From Prevotella sp. (GTDB lineage: Bacteria > Bacteroidota > Bacteroidia > Bacteroidales > Dysgonomonadaceae), in assembly GCA_031285625.1 (NCBI GenBank), contig JAITVV010000010.1, forward strand, positions 1 to 20,353: DNA of 20,353 nt, in the 5' to 3' direction. The position numbers were made by a program, and so were the translations under genes. Shown here piece after piece: positions 17,703-20,353 of the stretch; position 1 is the stretch's first letter; each line of letters opens with the position of its first letter. The notes beneath the pieces are model-generated. The model searched no databases and was not told the DNA's origin. It saw only the letters and a program-made list of their open reading frames with translations.

Positions 17703-20105
17703 CTGTGACATGTAAGTCTTGTATATGATTGTTCAACTGGCTATTACTAGCGAGTAATAATCTGATTGAACCTGTTGTTTCGTCAACAGTAGCCTATGGG
17801 AACGTGCGATATTAAGTAATGAATTCGTGCGATAACAGAACCAACAATGAAGCCCTTCCGATGAGGAGGAGTCTGAACCGTGAGGGGATGACAACTGTCA
17901 TTAGTATCGAACGGCAGGGGAGCTAGGCTGAATGGTATGAATAACGTAATGTGAATCGTTGATAAACGCCGTAACTTCTAAGGAGCTGCTAATGATACTG
18001 GGCTCTAACCCAAAAGGGACGCAGTCGGTTAACCTTCTCCATGCTAAGGTTACACGAACATAAGCACTGCCGGCGGATAGACGGATTCTAACCCATTCAT
18101 TTGTCATATATAAGAAACATGGTAAACCCGTATTTCTCCTACCACTGGTAGGTAAGCAGACCGTAAGTGAAGCCGAATGGGATGCGGGCAGAGGAATGTG
18201 GAAAAAGCGAATGCCATTTTGTAACGGGATGGATAGAGGTTGAAACATCACCTCACACGAAAGTGGGCTGACTTCTGCATGGTGGCGTTTTACAAGAAAC
18301 TTTTAGAACTTATTTAAAGAAGAAAAGCAAATGAACGAAATTAAAACATCGTGTGCATCTACTGACCAAAAGTGGGACACCTGGCTCGATATAGATTGGG
18401 ACAAGTGCCAAGCTTCGGTTGATAAGCTACAAGCGCGTATTGTAAAAGCTCAGAAAGAAGGCAGGCATGGCAGGGTGAAAACTTTGCAATGGGTGCTGAC
18501 GCATTCGTTTTACGCCAAAGCTTTGGCTGTAAAACGTGTTACATCTAATAAAGGCAGTGATACTGCGGGTATTGACCACGTACTATGGTCAACCTCAAAT
18601 GCTAAATTTCAGGCTATCAGTGAACTGAAAAGACGGGGCTATACTCCCCAACCACTAAGGAGGATACATATTAAAAAGAGTAATGGAAAATTAAGGCCTC
18701 TGGGTATTCCGACAATGAAAGACAGAGCCATGCAAGCATTATATCTGCTGGCATTGGAACCTGTTGCTGAAACTACGGCGGACAATAACTCTTACGGATT
18801 CCGTAAAGAGCGAAGTACGATTGATGCAAGGCAACAATGTTTCATTGACTTGGCCAAAGAGATGTCTCCCGAATGGATTCTGGAAGGAGATATTAAAGGA
18901 TGCTTCGACCATATCAGCCATGAGTGGTTGCTGAACAATATCCCTATGGATAAAGTGATGCTAAGAAAATGGCTCAAATGTGGTTTTGTGTTCAACACGG
19001 AATTGTTTCCCACAGAAGAAGGAACACCACAGGGCGGCATAATATCGCCTACTCTGGCTAATATGACACTGGATGGATTGGAAACTCTTTTGAAAGAGAA
19101 GTATAAACGTAAAAATATTAACGGAAAGGTATTTTACCCGAAAGTAAATCTTGTGAGATACGCCGATGATTTTATCATTACCGGTAGGTCAAGGGAGGTA
19201 CTCGAACAAGAAATCAAACCATTAGTAGAAGAGTTTCTTCAAGTAAGGGGACTTACCCTGTCGGAAGAAAAGACGAAGATAACTCATATAAGCGAAGGGT
19301 TTGACTTTCTCGGGTTCAATGTCCGTAAATACAGCAACGGAAAACTTCTGATCAAACCATCCAAAGAAGGTCTAAAGAAATTCATGAAGAAAATCCGTGG
19401 AATCATTGATTCCAATAAGGGTAGTAAACAGGAATCCCTTATACGGCTGATGAATCCTGTAATTACAGGTTGGGTAAATTATTACAAATATTGTGTGGCT
19501 TCGGACACATTCAGAAAAGCTGACTACCTGATATACGAAAAGTTACAGCAATGGGCAAGAAGAAGACATCCGAAGAAAGGAAAGACTTGGGTATCGGACA
19601 GGTATTTTACAAGAATTAGAAACAGAAACTGGTGTTTTGTGGCAAACTTCAAGAAAGGGACTAAAGACGATAGAATAGTTCTCAAACGCTTGTACGACAC
19701 AAAGATTACCCGCTATGTGAAGGTGAAAGCCGAATCCAACCCGTTTGACCCTGAATGGGATGAATACTTCAAGAAGAGGAAAGAGTATAAAATGCTCAAA
19801 AAACTCGATGATAAGATGTCTTTGCTATACCTATGGAAAAAGCAAAAAGGAATCTGTCCGTTGTGCGGGGAACCCATAAACATGGACGATTCATGGGGTA
19901 CTACCGAAAAGAAAAGTACTCCTGAAAAGGAGAACCATTTAGTACATGACAGTTGTCGCAGAAGAAACAACCTATTAAAAAAGATGTAACAATGAGCTGG
20001 TTTTTATTAAATAGAAATTTAACGCTGCTTGAGCCGTATGATTGGAAACTTTCACGTACGGTTCTTAGGGGGGAAAGCTCCCGTAAGGGAGCTGACCTAC
20101 CCGGC
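17703..20105 (+). mobile_element. Group II intron (IIB-type RNA, chloroplast-like CL RT lineage) inserted in traG
   Basis: Removing it restores EEAW|KAIAKEGMA in frame. DV GAGCCGTATG...GAAA...CACGTACGGTTC at 20031-20064; DVI with bulged A at 20099. EBS1 CCATGC at 18039-18044 lies in a TAACCTT/AAGGTTA stem loop and pairs with exon GCTTGG. Confidence 0.93.
18331..19989 (+). CDS. ltrA: Group II intron reverse transcriptase/maturase with degenerate HNH domain
   Basis: RVT_N IDW...LQARIVKA, RPLGIPT, GDIKGCFD, GTPQGG.ISP, YADD and FDFLGF; domain X GWVNYY; C-terminal CPLC. Confidence 0.96.
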   Translation: MNEIKTSCASTDQKWDTWLDIDWDKCQASVDKLQARIVKAQKEGRHGRVKTLQWVLTHSFYAKALAVKRVTSNKGSDTAGIDHVLWSTSNAKFQAISELKRRGYTPQPLRRIHIKKSNGKLRPLGIPTMKDRAMQALYLLALEPVAETTADNNSYGFRKERSTIDARQQCFIDLAKEMSPEWILEGDIKGCFDHISHEWLLNNIPMDKVMLRKWLKCGFVFNTELFPTEEGTPQGGIISPTLANMTLDGLETLLKEKYKRKNINGKVFYPKVNLVRYADDFIITGRSREVLEQEIKPLVEEFLQVRGLTLSEEKTKITHISEGFDFLGFNVRKYSNGKLLIKPSKEGLKKFMKKIRGIIDSNKGSKQESLIRLMNPVITGWVNYYKYCVASDTFRKADYLIYEKLQQWARRRHPKKGKTWVSDRYFTRIRNRNWCFVANFKKGTKDDRIVLKRLYDTKITRYVKVKAESNPFDPEWDEYFKKRKEYKMLKKLDDKMSLLYLWKKQKGICPLCGEPINMDDSWGTTEKKSTPEKENHLVHDSCRRRNNLLKKM

Positions 20106-20353
20106 AAAGCGATTGCTAAAGAAGGGATGGCCGATTACATTAAGTACCTTTTTAAAACCGTCAGGAAATTCTTCGGTGAGGCTGTGGTGGTTACGCAGGA
20201 AGTGGACGATATTATCCATTCCCCGATTGTCAAGGAAGCCATTATCACCAACTCCGACTGTAAGATTTTGTTAGACCAGCGAAAATACATGAATAAGTTC
20301 GATGGCATTCAGAACATGCTCGGACTGACGGACAAGGAACGGGGACAGATACT
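20106..20353 (+). CDS. traG: TraG exon 2 (continues off the window)
   Basis: Manual translation: KAIAKEGMADYIKYLFKTVRKFFGEAVVVTQEVDDIIHSPIVKEAIITNSDCKILLDQRKYMNKFDGIQNMLGLTDKERGQI. Confidence 0.95.

Larger units (their letters stand above)
6901..20353. mobile_element. CTnDOT/CTn341-family ICE backbone (mob-oriT-tra); cargo probably extends to the left
   Basis: Conserved gene order mobC-mobB-mobA divergent from traA-traG. Confidence 0.93.

Noticed and set aside
15684-17708. traG as a truncated pseudogene
   Set aside because: The stop codon lies in the intron, and exon 2 resumes in frame at 20106.
18331-19989. RT as a retron, DGR or defence RT
   Set aside because: YADD, domain X, DV/DVI and an interrupted host gene identify a group II intron.
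17901-20274. ORFs 17901-18251 (-), 19901-20107 (-) and 20029-20274 (+)
   Set aside because: They overlap ribozyme domains or an alternative frame of traG exon 2.

Overview
A Bacteroidetes (probably Bacteroidales) CTnDOT/CTn341-type integrative conjugative element. From left to right: the 5' end of a GC-rich secreted-protein gene (minus strand, runs off the window); an AT-rich divergent intergenic region; a secreted hypothetical protein; then an AT-rich, tightly coupled 4-gene cargo operon just downstream of mobC. That operon encodes an alpha-class SPPY (probable m4C) DNA methyltransferase, an unknown winged-helix-like protein, an Orc1/Cdc6/BrxC-like AAA+ ATPase and a PIN-domain nuclease. I do not recognise this combination; it is the best candidate for an undescribed anti-phage system. 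Next come mobC-mobB-mobA (minus), an oriT-like region, and traA, three DUF3408 genes, traD, traE, traF and traG (plus). traG is split just after its Walker B motif by a complete group II intron (17703-20105) with unusual co-varied boundaries (CUGUG...GC instead of GUGYG...AY) and an RT/maturase whose HNH domain is degenerate. A helically phased TRCCA triplet recurs near the mob and tra promoters and inside the traD coding sequence. All family assignments come from motif recognition by eye; no searches were run.
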